NCBI GenBank assembly: GCA_028704295.1
Contig: JAQVLF010000001.1
Span: 2,537 to 66,536 of the forward strand
Source: Minisyncoccota bacterium
GTDB taxonomy: Bacteria; Patescibacteriota; Minisyncoccia; Minisyncoccales; Minisyncoccaceae
Direction: 5' to 3'
Length of the DNA stretch: 64,000 nt
This document shows, one piece after another, positions 38,278-47,587 of this stretch. A program made the translations under genes and the position numbers. The notes below the pieces were generated by a model. The model was not told the origin of the DNA. It did no database searches and saw only the letters and a program-made list of their open reading frames with translations. Position 1 is the first letter of the stretch; every line of letters starts with the position of its first letter.

Positions 38278-39084
38278 TCAATTAATCAAAAGCTTTGCCT
38301 CCTCTTTCAATGCTTTTAAATAATCATCTTTTATTTTATATTTTTTAAGCGATCTAACTTTGTCTAAATTTTTAATTAAAAGTAGATCCTCCTTCACAAA
38401 AATATCGATATAATTTTTGTTAAAGGAAGGCAAAATTGTAATTGGATAAAGCTTTCTTTCATCTATTATGCTTTCAAGTCCATGCTCAACCGGATATTTC
38501 CAACCTAAAAGTTTTATTTTTTTACATTTGGCATATCTAACAGCATTTTCTGTGAATTTTTCGTTTGTGACGACCATAGCTTCTACATTTTTATTTAATG
38601 AATTGTTCCTAAGATCATCTAAAACTGCAAAGCTTTTTAAAATAACATTCACATCTACCCTATCTCCTGTCGCATTCCTATATTTACATTCCCCTATATA
38701 TTCAACCTCGTTATTTTTTGCTATAAAATCTATTTCATAAACAATGCATCTCCCTTTAACCATTTTATTATTAATTACTCTAAACCCCAATTCTTCAAAA
38801 ATTCTTTTTATATATTTTTCAAAGACAAAACCTTCCGGTCCTATTCTTTTAATCGCATACTTTAAATCAAATCTTAAGGCAGAGGCTTTTTCTTCCTTAT
38901 TTAATTTTTGTTTAACCAGCTTATAAATATCGAAAGTGGAAATATTCGAGTATATTTCTTTTTTTATCTCCTTAGTAATTTTATGAGCTACATCTAAATC
39001 AGCTCCGCTTTTAACAAGAGAATTATATATTTTTTTAGAAGAAAACGGTTCTTTTTCACCCAAAGAATTGATAATATTTACCAT
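38278..39084 (-). CDS. ATP-cone domain fused to a Mrr-like (PD-(D/E)xK) restriction endonuclease domain
   Basis: The N-terminus GEKEPFSSKKIYNSLVKSG...ISTFDIY follows the ATP-cone pattern. The middle FEKYIKRIFEELGF...YEIDFIA...IGECKY follows the Mrr_cat-like D/E-x-K pattern. Confidence 0.65.
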   Translation of the reverse strand: MVNIINSLGEKEPFSSKKIYNSLVKSGADLDVAHKITKEIKKEIYSNISTFDIYKLVKQKLNKEEKASALRFDLKYAIKRIGPEGFVFEKYIKRIFEELGFRVINNKMVKGRCIVYEIDFIAKNNEVEYIGECKYRNATGDRVDVNVILKSFAVLDDLRNNSLNKNVEAMVVTNEKFTENAVRYAKCKKIKLLGWKYPVEHGLESIIDERKLYPITILPSFNKNYIDIFVKEDLLLIKNLDKVRSLKKYKIKDDYLKALKEEAKLLIN

Positions 39085-39089
39085 AAAAA

Positions 39090-39419
39090 TTATCTATTAT
39101 CGCCATCGCCATGAATTTGATTTCTTTCCATTCTTGAAAAAAGCTTTTCAATATTTCCTTCTGCAACATCATCAAATTCAATGCCTAGCTCTTTTGATAA
39201 ATTAGCAATGTACCAAAGTACGTCTCCTAATTCTTTTTTTATCTCCTCCTTTTTTTCAGGAGAAACTACTCCATTATTATCTCTTAGAACTTTCTTTATT
39301 TTTTCTGCCACTTCCCCTGCTTCCCCAACAAGTCCCAAAGTGGGATATATGAAATTATTATTTATATTTGGATAAACCGCAGTTTGTCTTGATTTCTCTT
39401 GATATTCATTAAATGTCAT
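39090..39419 (-). CDS. MazG-like nucleoside triphosphate pyrophosphohydrolase
   Basis: From the internal Met: MTFNEYQEKSRQTA...GLVGEAGEVAEK...ELGDVLWY, which is the EExxE/D metal motif layout. Confidence 0.8.
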   Translation of the reverse strand: MTFNEYQEKSRQTAVYPNINNNFIYPTLGLVGEAGEVAEKIKKVLRDNNGVVSPEKKEEIKKELGDVLWYIANLSKELGIEFDDVAEGNIEKLFSRMERNQIHGDGDNR

Positions 39420-40815
39420 ACAATTTATTTTTATTATTTTTCTTACTATTTTTACGAGACTTTTTCTTCTTTTTATTTCCATTATTCTTCCATTTAGTTA
39501 GAAGGATATAAAAAGCTAATACAGCTAAAATAGCTAATCCAGAAAGCACCAAAAATTGAGCTGCTATATTTACAGCCATTTTTTTATCAATAATCAGAAT
39601 CGCTTTTTTATTTTTAACGCTTACACCGTCATCTCCGATCGTCATTAAGTACAAACTATATAAGCCTGGATCAAGCTTATCTATAGCGTACACAAATTTC
39701 CCATCATTAGAAACATTTGATATTTTTTCTATATTAGATTCCTGTCCCAATATAGAGGCATAAACTTTCGAATTAGGATCATCAACATAGCCTGATATAA
39801 ACAATTCATCTCTTCCTAATATGATACCAGAAAAATGAGGAGAATTAATCTCTTTGACTTTAATATTTTCTTCCTTTTCTAAATAATTTGAAGCTTTATC
39901 ATACGCTCTTAATTTAACTTCATAGTTTCCTTTTTTAATTGGATTCAAATTAAAAGTATTTTCTGTTGTATAATATTTCTCATTTAAACAAGGAATTTCT
40001 ATTTCATAAAAATCAATCGAGGATAAATCATCAACTGCATTAAGTTCGATTATACCATCCACTATGTTTGCATCAAAGCTTTGAGGATTTTTAGTGTCAA
40101 TCATTATCTTTCTATGTTCAATAGAGCTCCATTTTCCATCTAAAAAACACCTTATATGAAAATACCAAATTCCATCATCAAGCTTAATCTCTTTTTCATA
40201 TATAGGTTCATTATAATCTACGCTTGGATAAGAATCTGGCTTATTATCTATTAGAAGCTTAACTCTTTCGGTTCCTTTGGGAAGCTGCCAAGATAACTTT
40301 ACATCTTGATTTGAGTAAAAGCTGTTTGGATCAGGATGAGTAGAAGAGGATATATTAAAAAGGCTTATTTTTTCCTCTCTTAATAATGAATCTACTTTGT
40401 TAAGTTCATTATCTGCTGTCAATGTTGTTCCAGATGCAATACTAAGCTTGAGATCATTGCTTTCTCCTATCTTTTTAAAGAATAAACTAAAAAGATTGTT
40501 GCCATTTATTTCAGAATTAAAAATACCATTAAAAAATAAAGCACCATCTTCACTTAGATGCGGCTCTATTCCCCATTTTTCTAATATGGAATCATTACTT
40601 TTTTGAACATTTAAAAGCTCAAACTCGTTTGGATCAAAATTTATTACTCCTTCAATGGCTTTTAAAATTAAGCTATCTGAATCAACGCTGATTTGAGCTT
40701 CCAAAATACCGTTGTTCTCAAAAACATTGTAATGTAAAGAAGCTGCGTCAGCTTTTATTATAGGGATAAATATGCTTAATAATATTAATAGAAGAAAAGA
40801 GGTTGCTTTTTTCAT
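39409..40815 (-). CDS. secreted, C-terminally anchored surface protein
   Basis: A signal peptide, a beta-rich body (the N-terminal region resembles a cohesin fold), a C-terminal TM helix and a Lys-rich tail. Confidence 0.5.
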   Translation of the reverse strand: MKKATSFLLLILLSIFIPIIKADAASLHYNVFENNGILEAQISVDSDSLILKAIEGVINFDPNEFELLNVQKSNDSILEKWGIEPHLSEDGALFFNGIFNSEINGNNLFSLFFKKIGESNDLKLSIASGTTLTADNELNKVDSLLREEKISLFNISSSTHPDPNSFYSNQDVKLSWQLPKGTERVKLLIDNKPDSYPSVDYNEPIYEKEIKLDDGIWYFHIRCFLDGKWSSIEHRKIMIDTKNPQSFDANIVDGIIELNAVDDLSSIDFYEIEIPCLNEKYYTTENTFNLNPIKKGNYEVKLRAYDKASNYLEKEENIKVKEINSPHFSGIILGRDELFISGYVDDPNSKVYASILGQESNIEKISNVSNDGKFVYAIDKLDPGLYSLYLMTIGDDGVSVKNKKAILIIDKKMAVNIAAQFLVLSGLAILAVLAFYILLTKWKNNGNKKKKKSRKNSKKNNKNKLYDI

Positions 40816-40826
40816 ATTGGTTTTTC

Positions 40827-42002
40827 TTATTTAAGTTTAAAATAATTTAATTTTCCTATTTTTAATACTGAACCTTGTTTTATTTTACCAATTTTTAAAT
40901 TAATATCAAATACCTTTTCTCCATCTATTGAAACAGCTCCTCCTTCAAACAATCGCCTTATATCATTTTTAGATTTTCCTAAAAGCTCATAAATCAAATC
41001 TAAAAGATTTTTTTCTTTATTAAGGCTATCAAAATCTATATCAATGTAATCAATATCCTCTAACTTTCTTTTTTGGAACTTGTTCTCAAAATCATTTTGA
41101 GCCTTTTCTGCATCTTCCTTTGAATGATACTGTTCAACAATGTTAAAAGCAATTTTCTTTTTAATATTTAAAGGATTTTCTCCTTCTTCAAGTTGTTTTT
41201 TGATCGCTTTTTTCTCTTCTTTTGAAAAAGAGGTTGTTAGATTAAGATATTCTTCTATTAATGCATCGGGAATTGACATTGTTTTTCCATACATATCATT
41301 AGGATTATCTATAAGTCCGATATAATTTTTAAGAGACTTGCTCATTTTTTGAACTCCGTCTATCCCCCTTAAGAGCGGCATGCAAACAATGGTCTGCGGC
41401 TCCTCATTATATTTTTCTTGCAAATACCTTCCAACTAGTAAATTAAACAATTGATCTTGTCCTCCAAGCTCTACATCAGCATTTATCGTAATAGAGTCAT
41501 ATCCTTGAATCAACGGATACACAATTTCGTGCATTGAAATTGGGTTACTTTTTTCAAACCTTTCTCTAAAATCATTCCTTTCCATAATCTGCTGTACGGT
41601 ATACTTTGAGAGCAATGAAATAAGCTCATTTAATCGCATTTTAGACAGCCATTCTGAATTTCGCCTAACTTCAATCTTGGAAACATCTAAAATTCTGCTT
41701 AATTGATTAATATATGTTTCCGAGTTCTTTTCAATCTCTTCTTCTGATAATTGAGGCCTTGTCTTATCTTTTCCTGAAGGATCACCAATTCTTGCTGTAA
41801 AATCCCCTATAATAACAATGATTTTGTGCCCTAAATCTTGGAAATCTTTTAATTTTTTAATTGCAACAGCATGCCCTAAATGCAAATCAGGAGATGTTGG
41901 ATCAAAACCCATTTTAACATTTAAAACCTTTCCACTTTCAAGCTTCTTTTTAAGCTCTCCATTGGGAAGGTTAATTTCAATGTTTTCCAATATATTTTTC
42001 AT
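40827..42002 (-). CDS. tyrS: tyrosine--tRNA ligase
   Basis: GFDPTSPDLHLGH (the HIGH motif), KMSKS, and a C-terminal S4-like domain. Confidence 0.9.
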   Translation of the reverse strand: MKNILENIEINLPNGELKKKLESGKVLNVKMGFDPTSPDLHLGHAVAIKKLKDFQDLGHKIIVIIGDFTARIGDPSGKDKTRPQLSEEEIEKNSETYINQLSRILDVSKIEVRRNSEWLSKMRLNELISLLSKYTVQQIMERNDFRERFEKSNPISMHEIVYPLIQGYDSITINADVELGGQDQLFNLLVGRYLQEKYNEEPQTIVCMPLLRGIDGVQKMSKSLKNYIGLIDNPNDMYGKTMSIPDALIEEYLNLTTSFSKEEKKAIKKQLEEGENPLNIKKKIAFNIVEQYHSKEDAEKAQNDFENKFQKRKLEDIDYIDIDFDSLNKEKNLLDLIYELLGKSKNDIRRLFEGGAVSIDGEKVFDINLKIGKIKQGSVLKIGKLNYFKLK

Positions 42003-42054
42003 GAGTTCAATTTTAGCATAAAAATTTAATTTATTAAAGATTGAATTTTAAGAC

Positions 42055-42516
42055 TTAAAGAGCGCAGTCGATTTTTACATCTACATTGATGGCTTCGTCA
42101 TCCGCACTTATTTTATAGCCATCTTTGACAATGCAATACATTCTATTTTTCCTATAGCCTCTAAGTCCTCCCTCTGGGCTGTCCGCTATATTATACACAT
42201 CTAATTCAAAGCCATTGTCTTCAAAAAAATCATCTATTTTTTGAGAATCGCTCTCAGAAATTCCCTGAACAAGGGCTTCTTTACTCAACTTCTTAACAAT
42301 CGCAACATCATTATTTTCATCAATAACCCTCCATTCCATTTGAGAATCGCTTATACTTGAAAAATCAATGCCTGTACCTTCCTCCATTAGCTCAAAAAAG
42401 AAGGTTATATTATCTTTTTCTTCAATAACATTGCTGTTTTTGAATTTAATAATTAGTCCAATAGCAATTAGAAATAGGCAAATTATTAAAATTAAAGTAT
42501 ATCTTCTTTTCATCAT
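42055..42516 (-). CDS. hypothetical membrane-anchored protein
   Basis: ORF with an N-terminal TM helix. Confidence 0.4.
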   Translation of the reverse strand: MMKRRYTLILIICLFLIAIGLIIKFKNSNVIEEKDNITFFFELMEEGTGIDFSSISDSQMEWRVIDENNDVAIVKKLSKEALVQGISESDSQKIDDFFEDNGFELDVYNIADSPEGGLRGYRKNRMYCIVKDGYKISADDEAINVDVKIDCAL

Positions 42517-42521
42517 AATGC

Positions 42522-43808
42522 TTATGTTTCAATTTTTAATGCTTTTTCCATCCTCCTAATATCTGCTAAAAGTTTTGATCTTTCTTCATTGAAAAATACC
42601 ATTACGCAAACTGCTCGTCCACCATTTTTGGCAAACTTGCACATATCTCCTACTTTTTTATCAACTTTTAATTCTACGCAAGACTCCAACTCTTTAACTT
42701 TTTTTAATCCCTTAATGCTTTTTAATTTTCCTTCTTTCTTGGCAAATATCTTTAAGAATGCACTGTGCCCTTTTACTTTTTTAGGAATAATAGGCTTTTG
42801 AGGAATTCTATTTAAAACATCGTTTAAAGAATGATTGATGCCAAAAGATAATTTATATAAATAGTCTCTCCAGCCTCCCAATCTAGGACCTACTTCTATC
42901 ACTTTCCATCCATCTTCTGTCCTCATCAATTCAACGTGGGCAGAATTGCTTCTTAGCCCCAATGCGTGCACTGCCTTTCTTGCAACCTCTTCTGCTTCTA
43001 GAACAGCGCTCGTCTTTAATTTTGCTGGAGTCATTTGCTGATAGCCGAAAAAGTCATCAAAGCCAATCTGCTTTCCTGTCTTTACTTTAACAAGCGGGCA
43101 AAAACGCATGCCTCCTCTAGAGTTTACATAAGCATCTATTGAATACATGTCCCCCTCCATGAATTGCTCTACTAAAAGATGAGGCTCTTTTTGCCTATCG
43201 TTTTCTTCGTACACCCTATTGATTTTTCTAAAGCAAGCTTTAAGCGTATCTCTCAGTTCTTCTTCATAAAAACAAACGCTGACCATTAGGCTTGCTGCTA
43301 AATTAGAAGGTTTCACCATTAAGGGAAAACCTACCTTTTCTTTTATCTTTTCTAAAGTTTCTTTTGAACAATCCTTAATTAACAAATATCTTGGAGTAAT
43401 CTTTTTATCGTAGCTATTAAACCTTCTTCTCATCATGTATTTCTCGACTGACCATTCAAGAGATTTTGATGTAGGAGTTTTAAGATAAGGAACATTTGGT
43501 ATAATTTTTGCGAAATCAGGAATATTTTTCTCCTGCCTGCAAGTAATAGCTAAGAATTCCTCTTTATATGGCAGAAGCGCCTTCATTATCTTAACAGGAT
43601 CATCAAAATCGCAAGGAATTATAAGATCAATTGGCTCCTCGCTATTAGTCAATTTTGACTCTTCCACTCCTTTATCCTTAATAATGGCTACCTTCAAATC
43701 CTTTTTTATCTTCTTTCCGTATTCCCTTATTTCCTTAATAGCTGTATCAGGAACATAATTAACAAAGAGAATAATGTTTTTTTCTTTTTTTTCCATATAA
43801 AATATCAA
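42522..43808 (-). CDS. ATP-grasp domain ligase
   Basis: GFPLMVKPSN, LVEQFMEGDMYSIDAY and VIEVGPRLGG are typical ATP-grasp blocks. Confidence 0.7.
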   Translation of the reverse strand: MIFYMEKKEKNIILFVNYVPDTAIKEIREYGKKIKKDLKVAIIKDKGVEESKLTNSEEPIDLIIPCDFDDPVKIMKALLPYKEEFLAITCRQEKNIPDFAKIIPNVPYLKTPTSKSLEWSVEKYMMRRRFNSYDKKITPRYLLIKDCSKETLEKIKEKVGFPLMVKPSNLAASLMVSVCFYEEELRDTLKACFRKINRVYEENDRQKEPHLLVEQFMEGDMYSIDAYVNSRGGMRFCPLVKVKTGKQIGFDDFFGYQQMTPAKLKTSAVLEAEEVARKAVHALGLRSNSAHVELMRTEDGWKVIEVGPRLGGWRDYLYKLSFGINHSLNDVLNRIPQKPIIPKKVKGHSAFLKIFAKKEGKLKSIKGLKKVKELESCVELKVDKKVGDMCKFAKNGGRAVCVMVFFNEERSKLLADIRRMEKALKIET

Positions 43809-43828
43809 AAATAAATTGAAAATAATAC

Positions 43829-44692
43829 TTATCGACTCAACCTATTAGACTTATCTATTAAGAAATTCAACATGCTTTCCTCTATTTCAATATCATTTTG
43901 CTTCGCAAGCTCTCTGGCAATTTTAAGAGAGCAGGGAAAATTGACTTCTGCCAAATATGGCTTTCCTGTTTTTTTCTCTATCAAAATATCTACGCCTCCG
44001 AATTCGACATTCATATTTTTAACTGAATTTATTGCAATATTTTTAATTTCTTCTGATACTTGAGTGACCTCTTTCGTAGTCTTTTTAGAATTAGTTCTAA
44101 AATCATCTTCTTCCCTGATTCTTGAATAATTAAACAAAATATTATCTCCTAGAACAATTGCTCTTATCTGCTTATCATGTTCGATAAATTCTCTTAAAAT
44201 TATTCCTTTATTAATAACGTCTTCCTTAAAATAATCGATAATTGAGAACAATGATTCGAAAGATTCTATTTTCATGACGCCAAATCCCTTGCTTCCTCCT
44301 AAAACTTTTAAAATTATAGGGAAGCCTCCTAAAAAATCAACATATTCTTTCAGCGTTTCTTTATTTTCAGTTATTACATTAATTGTTTTAGGAGAAGGCA
44401 ATTCCTGATTTTTGAAATATGCCAAAAGTCCGCCCTCTAAAAGACACTCTTCTGAAGGGCATCTATAAAAACCAATTGCGCCTTTATACAAGACTTCTTT
44501 TTCTATAAAATTAGCAGCCTTATTATTTGGAGCTATACGATAAACTAAATCTCCTTTTTGGACATTTAAACTCAAAAGATTTGTATCAAGCGGATTAAGA
44601 GTTACAAATTCTATGCCCTTTTTGTCACAGATATTTTTAAATGCAAGATAGCTAACATCTTGATCATCTGAATTGACGCAATAAAATTTCAT
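43829..44692 (-). CDS. RimK-like ATP-grasp ligase
   Basis: GGFPIILKVLGGSKGFGV, ILREFIE, and GGVDILIEKKTGKPYLAEVN. Confidence 0.7.
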   Translation of the reverse strand: MKFYCVNSDDQDVSYLAFKNICDKKGIEFVTLNPLDTNLLSLNVQKGDLVYRIAPNNKAANFIEKEVLYKGAIGFYRCPSEECLLEGGLLAYFKNQELPSPKTINVITENKETLKEYVDFLGGFPIILKVLGGSKGFGVMKIESFESLFSIIDYFKEDVINKGIILREFIEHDKQIRAIVLGDNILFNYSRIREEDDFRTNSKKTTKEVTQVSEEIKNIAINSVKNMNVEFGGVDILIEKKTGKPYLAEVNFPCSLKIARELAKQNDIEIEESMLNFLIDKSNRLSR

Positions 44693-44750
44693 ATTTATAT
44701 TTTATTTTTAATACTCGGTTAGATTATCACAGTCGAAATAAAAAATCAAT

Positions 44751-45473
44751 CTATTTCAATATGAAATTTGCCCTTACTGTTATCATTATTTCTTTTTCAA
44801 TTGTGCTTGTATCATACATTCCATAACTTGCTATATCCGTTGAATTTGGCTGCAATACTTGGACAACTCCCATATCAGCGCTCTTTAAAGTTCCAACTCT
44901 TCTGTCAGTGCTTTCGGCAATTGCTTCTGCTCTTTTTTGAGCATCAGCTACAGCTTCTGGCAAAAGTCCAATTCTATCTTCTGGAAGTCTTGTATAATAA
45001 TATTCTGGAGCATTAGTTTGATAAACCACATCCATGTTAATTATGTCATTTGTCTTAGAAGACAAGCTTTTTACTTTTTCAATGTCATTTGAAGTAATTA
45101 CAATTTGCTGAGATAAATGATATCTTGATTCCTCATAAGCGCTTTTTTCGTAAGAATATTGTTCATACATAGAAACAGGATATATCTCGTATTCATCTTC
45201 AGTAATTCCATTGTTCTTTAAAAAGCTGATAACTTTTTCTTCGTCAGCCTTCATCATTTCGTGTCCCTTTTTTAATTGAGATTCAAAGACTGTCCTTGAA
45301 AAACTTGATCTTAACTTTGCCAAATCAGACTCCACTGTTTTTGTAGCTGAACCAGTCACAACAAGCGTATTGTCCAAATTCTGTATTTTAAACAAATAGT
45401 TAGAATAAATTAATACAGAGATTATGAATGACCCTGCTAGTATTAATGATGCGATTACTATTGATTTTTTCAT
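44751..45473 (-). CDS. SIMPL (DUF541) domain protein
   Basis: A TM anchor, VVTGSATKTVESDLA, QKRAEAIAEST, and a C-terminal ITVRANF. Confidence 0.65.
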   Translation of the reverse strand: MKKSIVIASLILAGSFIISVLIYSNYLFKIQNLDNTLVVTGSATKTVESDLAKLRSSFSRTVFESQLKKGHEMMKADEEKVISFLKNNGITEDEYEIYPVSMYEQYSYEKSAYEESRYHLSQQIVITSNDIEKVKSLSSKTNDIINMDVVYQTNAPEYYYTRLPEDRIGLLPEAVADAQKRAEAIAESTDRRVGTLKSADMGVVQVLQPNSTDIASYGMYDTSTIEKEIMITVRANFILK

Positions 45474-45540
45474 TTTTTCTTAATTTACTTATTATCCGCC
45501 TTTATTTTATCAAAGCTCTTCTTTTTATTCAAGTACTATA

Positions 45541-45753
45541 ATTGCTAATCGTATTTATACTTCTGCTGGAAATTTAATATATAGACAAATAAAGCCTGCA
45601 CTTATATTTGACTACGTACTCAAAGAATATAAAGACTATCATTACAAAATAGCTGAAATGGAAAAAGCTGTTCTTGATTATCTTTATCTTAATGCATGTA
45701 TTAAGAATAAAAAAGATTTTGAAGGGATACGCTTCAACGCAATTGCAAAATAG
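45541..45753 (+). pseudogene. start-less gene fragment, possibly the C-terminus of an AbiEi-like antitoxin
   Basis: The open frame 45484..45753 has no start codon until Met 45658. It ends ...YKIAEMEKAVLDYLYLNACIKNKKDFEGIRFNAIAK. The EKAxLDxLY block is reminiscent of AbiEi-type proteins, but that is from memory only. Confidence 0.25.
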
Positions 45754-45803
45754 AACATTAAAAAAAGAGTTAATAAATTCTTAAAATATATAGGACATGC
45801 TTA

Positions 45804-46835
45804 TTATACCAACTTAATCTTTTGATAAATTATTAAAAATAAAATAAAACATATCTTTGTAAAAATGCTTTTCTTTAAAAAATAGGATTGTGTTTTTCTT
45901 GCATAGGCCCTCCATGTATTAAAGGCTTCTTTAAACGTTCTCTTCTTAATCTTCTTTATCATTTTCAAAACTGTCTTCTTTCTCGGCAAAGTATATTTTT
46001 CAAAAATGACGTATCCTAAAAAGTCTATTCCATTTAAAACAGGAAAAATGCTTGTTGCTTTTTCTTTATACTTTAAGTCTAGCTTACAATTTAAAAATAT
46101 CTCTAATTTGTCTTTGGTTCTCCTTAACTCTTTTTTCTCTTTTTTGAAAATCACAAAATCATCCATGTACCTAAAAAAACATTTAGACTTTAAACCTCTT
46201 TTAACGAATTGATCCATTTCATTTAAATAGATATTGGCAAACAATTGAGAAGTTAAGTTTCCAATAGGAATTCCTTTTTCATTGCTTTTAATAATTGTAT
46301 CAATTAAATTCAAGGCCTTTTTATCTTTAACTTTTCGTTTGATTATTTTAAATAACAAGCTGTTGCTTATGCTGTCGAAATACTTCGAAATATCTGCCTT
46401 GAAGCAAAAAAAATCACCTTTGTTTTTTAATTTTCTCTTAAAATCATTGACTGCCCTATGATTTCCTTTTCCTTTTCTGCAGGCATATGAATAATGATAG
46501 AAAGTATTGTCAAAAATTGGAGTAATGAAATTGCATAAAGCATGATGGACTAATCTATCTTTAACCTGAGGAGCTTTTATCTCTCTTTTTTTAGAATCCC
46601 TTACAATAAACTTTTTATAGCCTCCGTGAATATATGTTTCTTCTTTTAAATCTTTTTGAATTTTAAATAAGTTTTCTTCCAAATTAAAAGAGAACTCTAA
46701 TATTTCTCTTTTATATCTTTTATTCTTTCTAACTTTTAAATATGAATGATGTAAATTGTTAAAAGAATGAATTTGACTATAAAAATTGCCTTTTCTCTTC
46801 ATAAAATTTAAATTTAAACAAATTAAAAGGCCCAT
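45804..46835 (-). CDS. DGR reverse transcriptase
   Basis: IGNLTSQLFANIYLNEMD is the DGR-specific [I/L]GxxxSQ motif, and YMDDFVIF is the catalytic box. The protein is about 330 aa. The probable start is MKRKGNF at 46802. Confidence 0.9.
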   Translation of the reverse strand: MGLLICLNLNFMKRKGNFYSQIHSFNNLHHSYLKVRKNKRYKREILEFSFNLEENLFKIQKDLKEETYIHGGYKKFIVRDSKKREIKAPQVKDRLVHHALCNFITPIFDNTFYHYSYACRKGKGNHRAVNDFKRKLKNKGDFFCFKADISKYFDSISNSLLFKIIKRKVKDKKALNLIDTIIKSNEKGIPIGNLTSQLFANIYLNEMDQFVKRGLKSKCFFRYMDDFVIFKKEKKELRRTKDKLEIFLNCKLDLKYKEKATSIFPVLNGIDFLGYVIFEKYTLPRKKTVLKMIKKIKKRTFKEAFNTWRAYARKTQSYFLKKSIFTKICFILFLIIYQKIKLV

Positions 46836-46998
46836 TTAAGTTAATTAGGATGTTCGAATATTTCTACTAAAACCAATTAAAGATACGGGCCCAATATTTT
46901 CCCTTTTGATTAGTTAATCTACTCGGAAAGGAATAAAGCCAGTATTTTGTAATGGCTCTGTCAGCAATCCTTAGATTAGCTGATTCCGGCCGTGAAAC

Positions 46999-47114
46999 TA
47001 CCGGGCACACCGAAACCCAATGTTGTTGTTCCGATTCTCGGGCGAATTGTTCAGATTCAAAGCAAACACCCCGGCGTTGGAAGTGTTGTTCCAATTCCCG
47101 CCGCGTAGAAACGC
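46999..47114 (-). repeat. DGR template repeat (TR)
   Basis: This 116-nt stretch matches VR 47589..47704 at 106/116 positions. In the target frame it encodes AFLRGGNWNNTSNAGVFALNLNNSPENRNNNIGFRCAR, rich in AAC/AAT codons. It lies between avd and the RT. Confidence 0.9.
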
Positions 47115-47150
47115 AGACCTATTTGTGCGGCTCTATCCCTTTGAAATAGA

Positions 47151-47495
47151 CTAGATTAATACTTGTTGGAAGCCTCCCAAAAGCCGTCCTAATTCAACAA
47201 CTTTCTCTTCGAGACTCTCATATTTCTTCATATTAATGAAGGTAAAATCTTTTGAAAGCCTGATGAAAATTTTTAATTTTTGAAGTTCTATATCTAATTT
47301 TTTAAAATAATTTGGCGTTGCTTTTCCTAAATTTATCACAATTACTAATTCTAAAATTGTGATCAATGTATTTTCTATTTTTTGACCTAATATGAATCTC
47401 TGATTTTTCGGAAATTTTGCAATCGCCGGATGGATTTCTAGAATCAAGTCATATGTCTTTTGAAATAATATTAATTTCTCATGATTCATATTCAA
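47151..47495 (-). CDS. avd: DGR accessory variability determinant (Avd, four-helix-bundle protein)
   Basis: 114 aa with LFQKTYDLILEIHPAIAKFPKNQRFILGQKIENT, typical of the four-helix-bundle / 23S-IVS protein family used by DGRs. Its position between target and TR also fits. Confidence 0.8.
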   Translation of the reverse strand: MNMNHEKLILFQKTYDLILEIHPAIAKFPKNQRFILGQKIENTLITILELVIVINLGKATPNYFKKLDIELQKLKIFIRLSKDFTFINMKKYESLEEKVVELGRLLGGFQQVLI

Positions 47496-47544
47496 TTTTT
47501 AAAAATCAGTTTTATCTTAATGCTTTTTTCCTTTAAAATGCGGG

Positions 47545-47567
47545 GCATTTTTCTAAAAGAAAAATGC
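47545..47567 (-). promoter_or_regulatory. 9-bp hairpin 20 nt downstream of the VR and the target stop codon
   Basis: gcatttttc (47545..47553) pairs with gaaaaatgc (47559..47567) around the loop taaaa. It may be a terminator or the VR-flanking hairpin reported to aid DGR homing. Confidence 0.4.
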
Positions 47568-47587
47568 ACTTTCAGATTATCAGACGA

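Noticed and set aside
2194-44063. Numerous 60-115-aa track ORFs antisense to or nested in long genes (for example 2194..2424, 3264..3452, 3735..3947, 5313..5534, 6016..6279, 11686..12021, 13791..14075, 15385..15708, 22040..22342, 28045..28346 and 57627..57974)
   Set aside because: Each lies entirely within or against a confidently identified gene and has a low-complexity Leu/Phe/Ser/Ile-rich translation typical of shadow frames in AT-rich DNA.
46867-47149. Track ORFs 46867..47094 (-) and 46952..47149 (+) in the gap between the RT and avd
   Set aside because: They overlie the DGR template repeat. Their Arg/Cys/Ser-rich translations are unlike the host proteome, and their openness is explained by the locally high GC of the TR.
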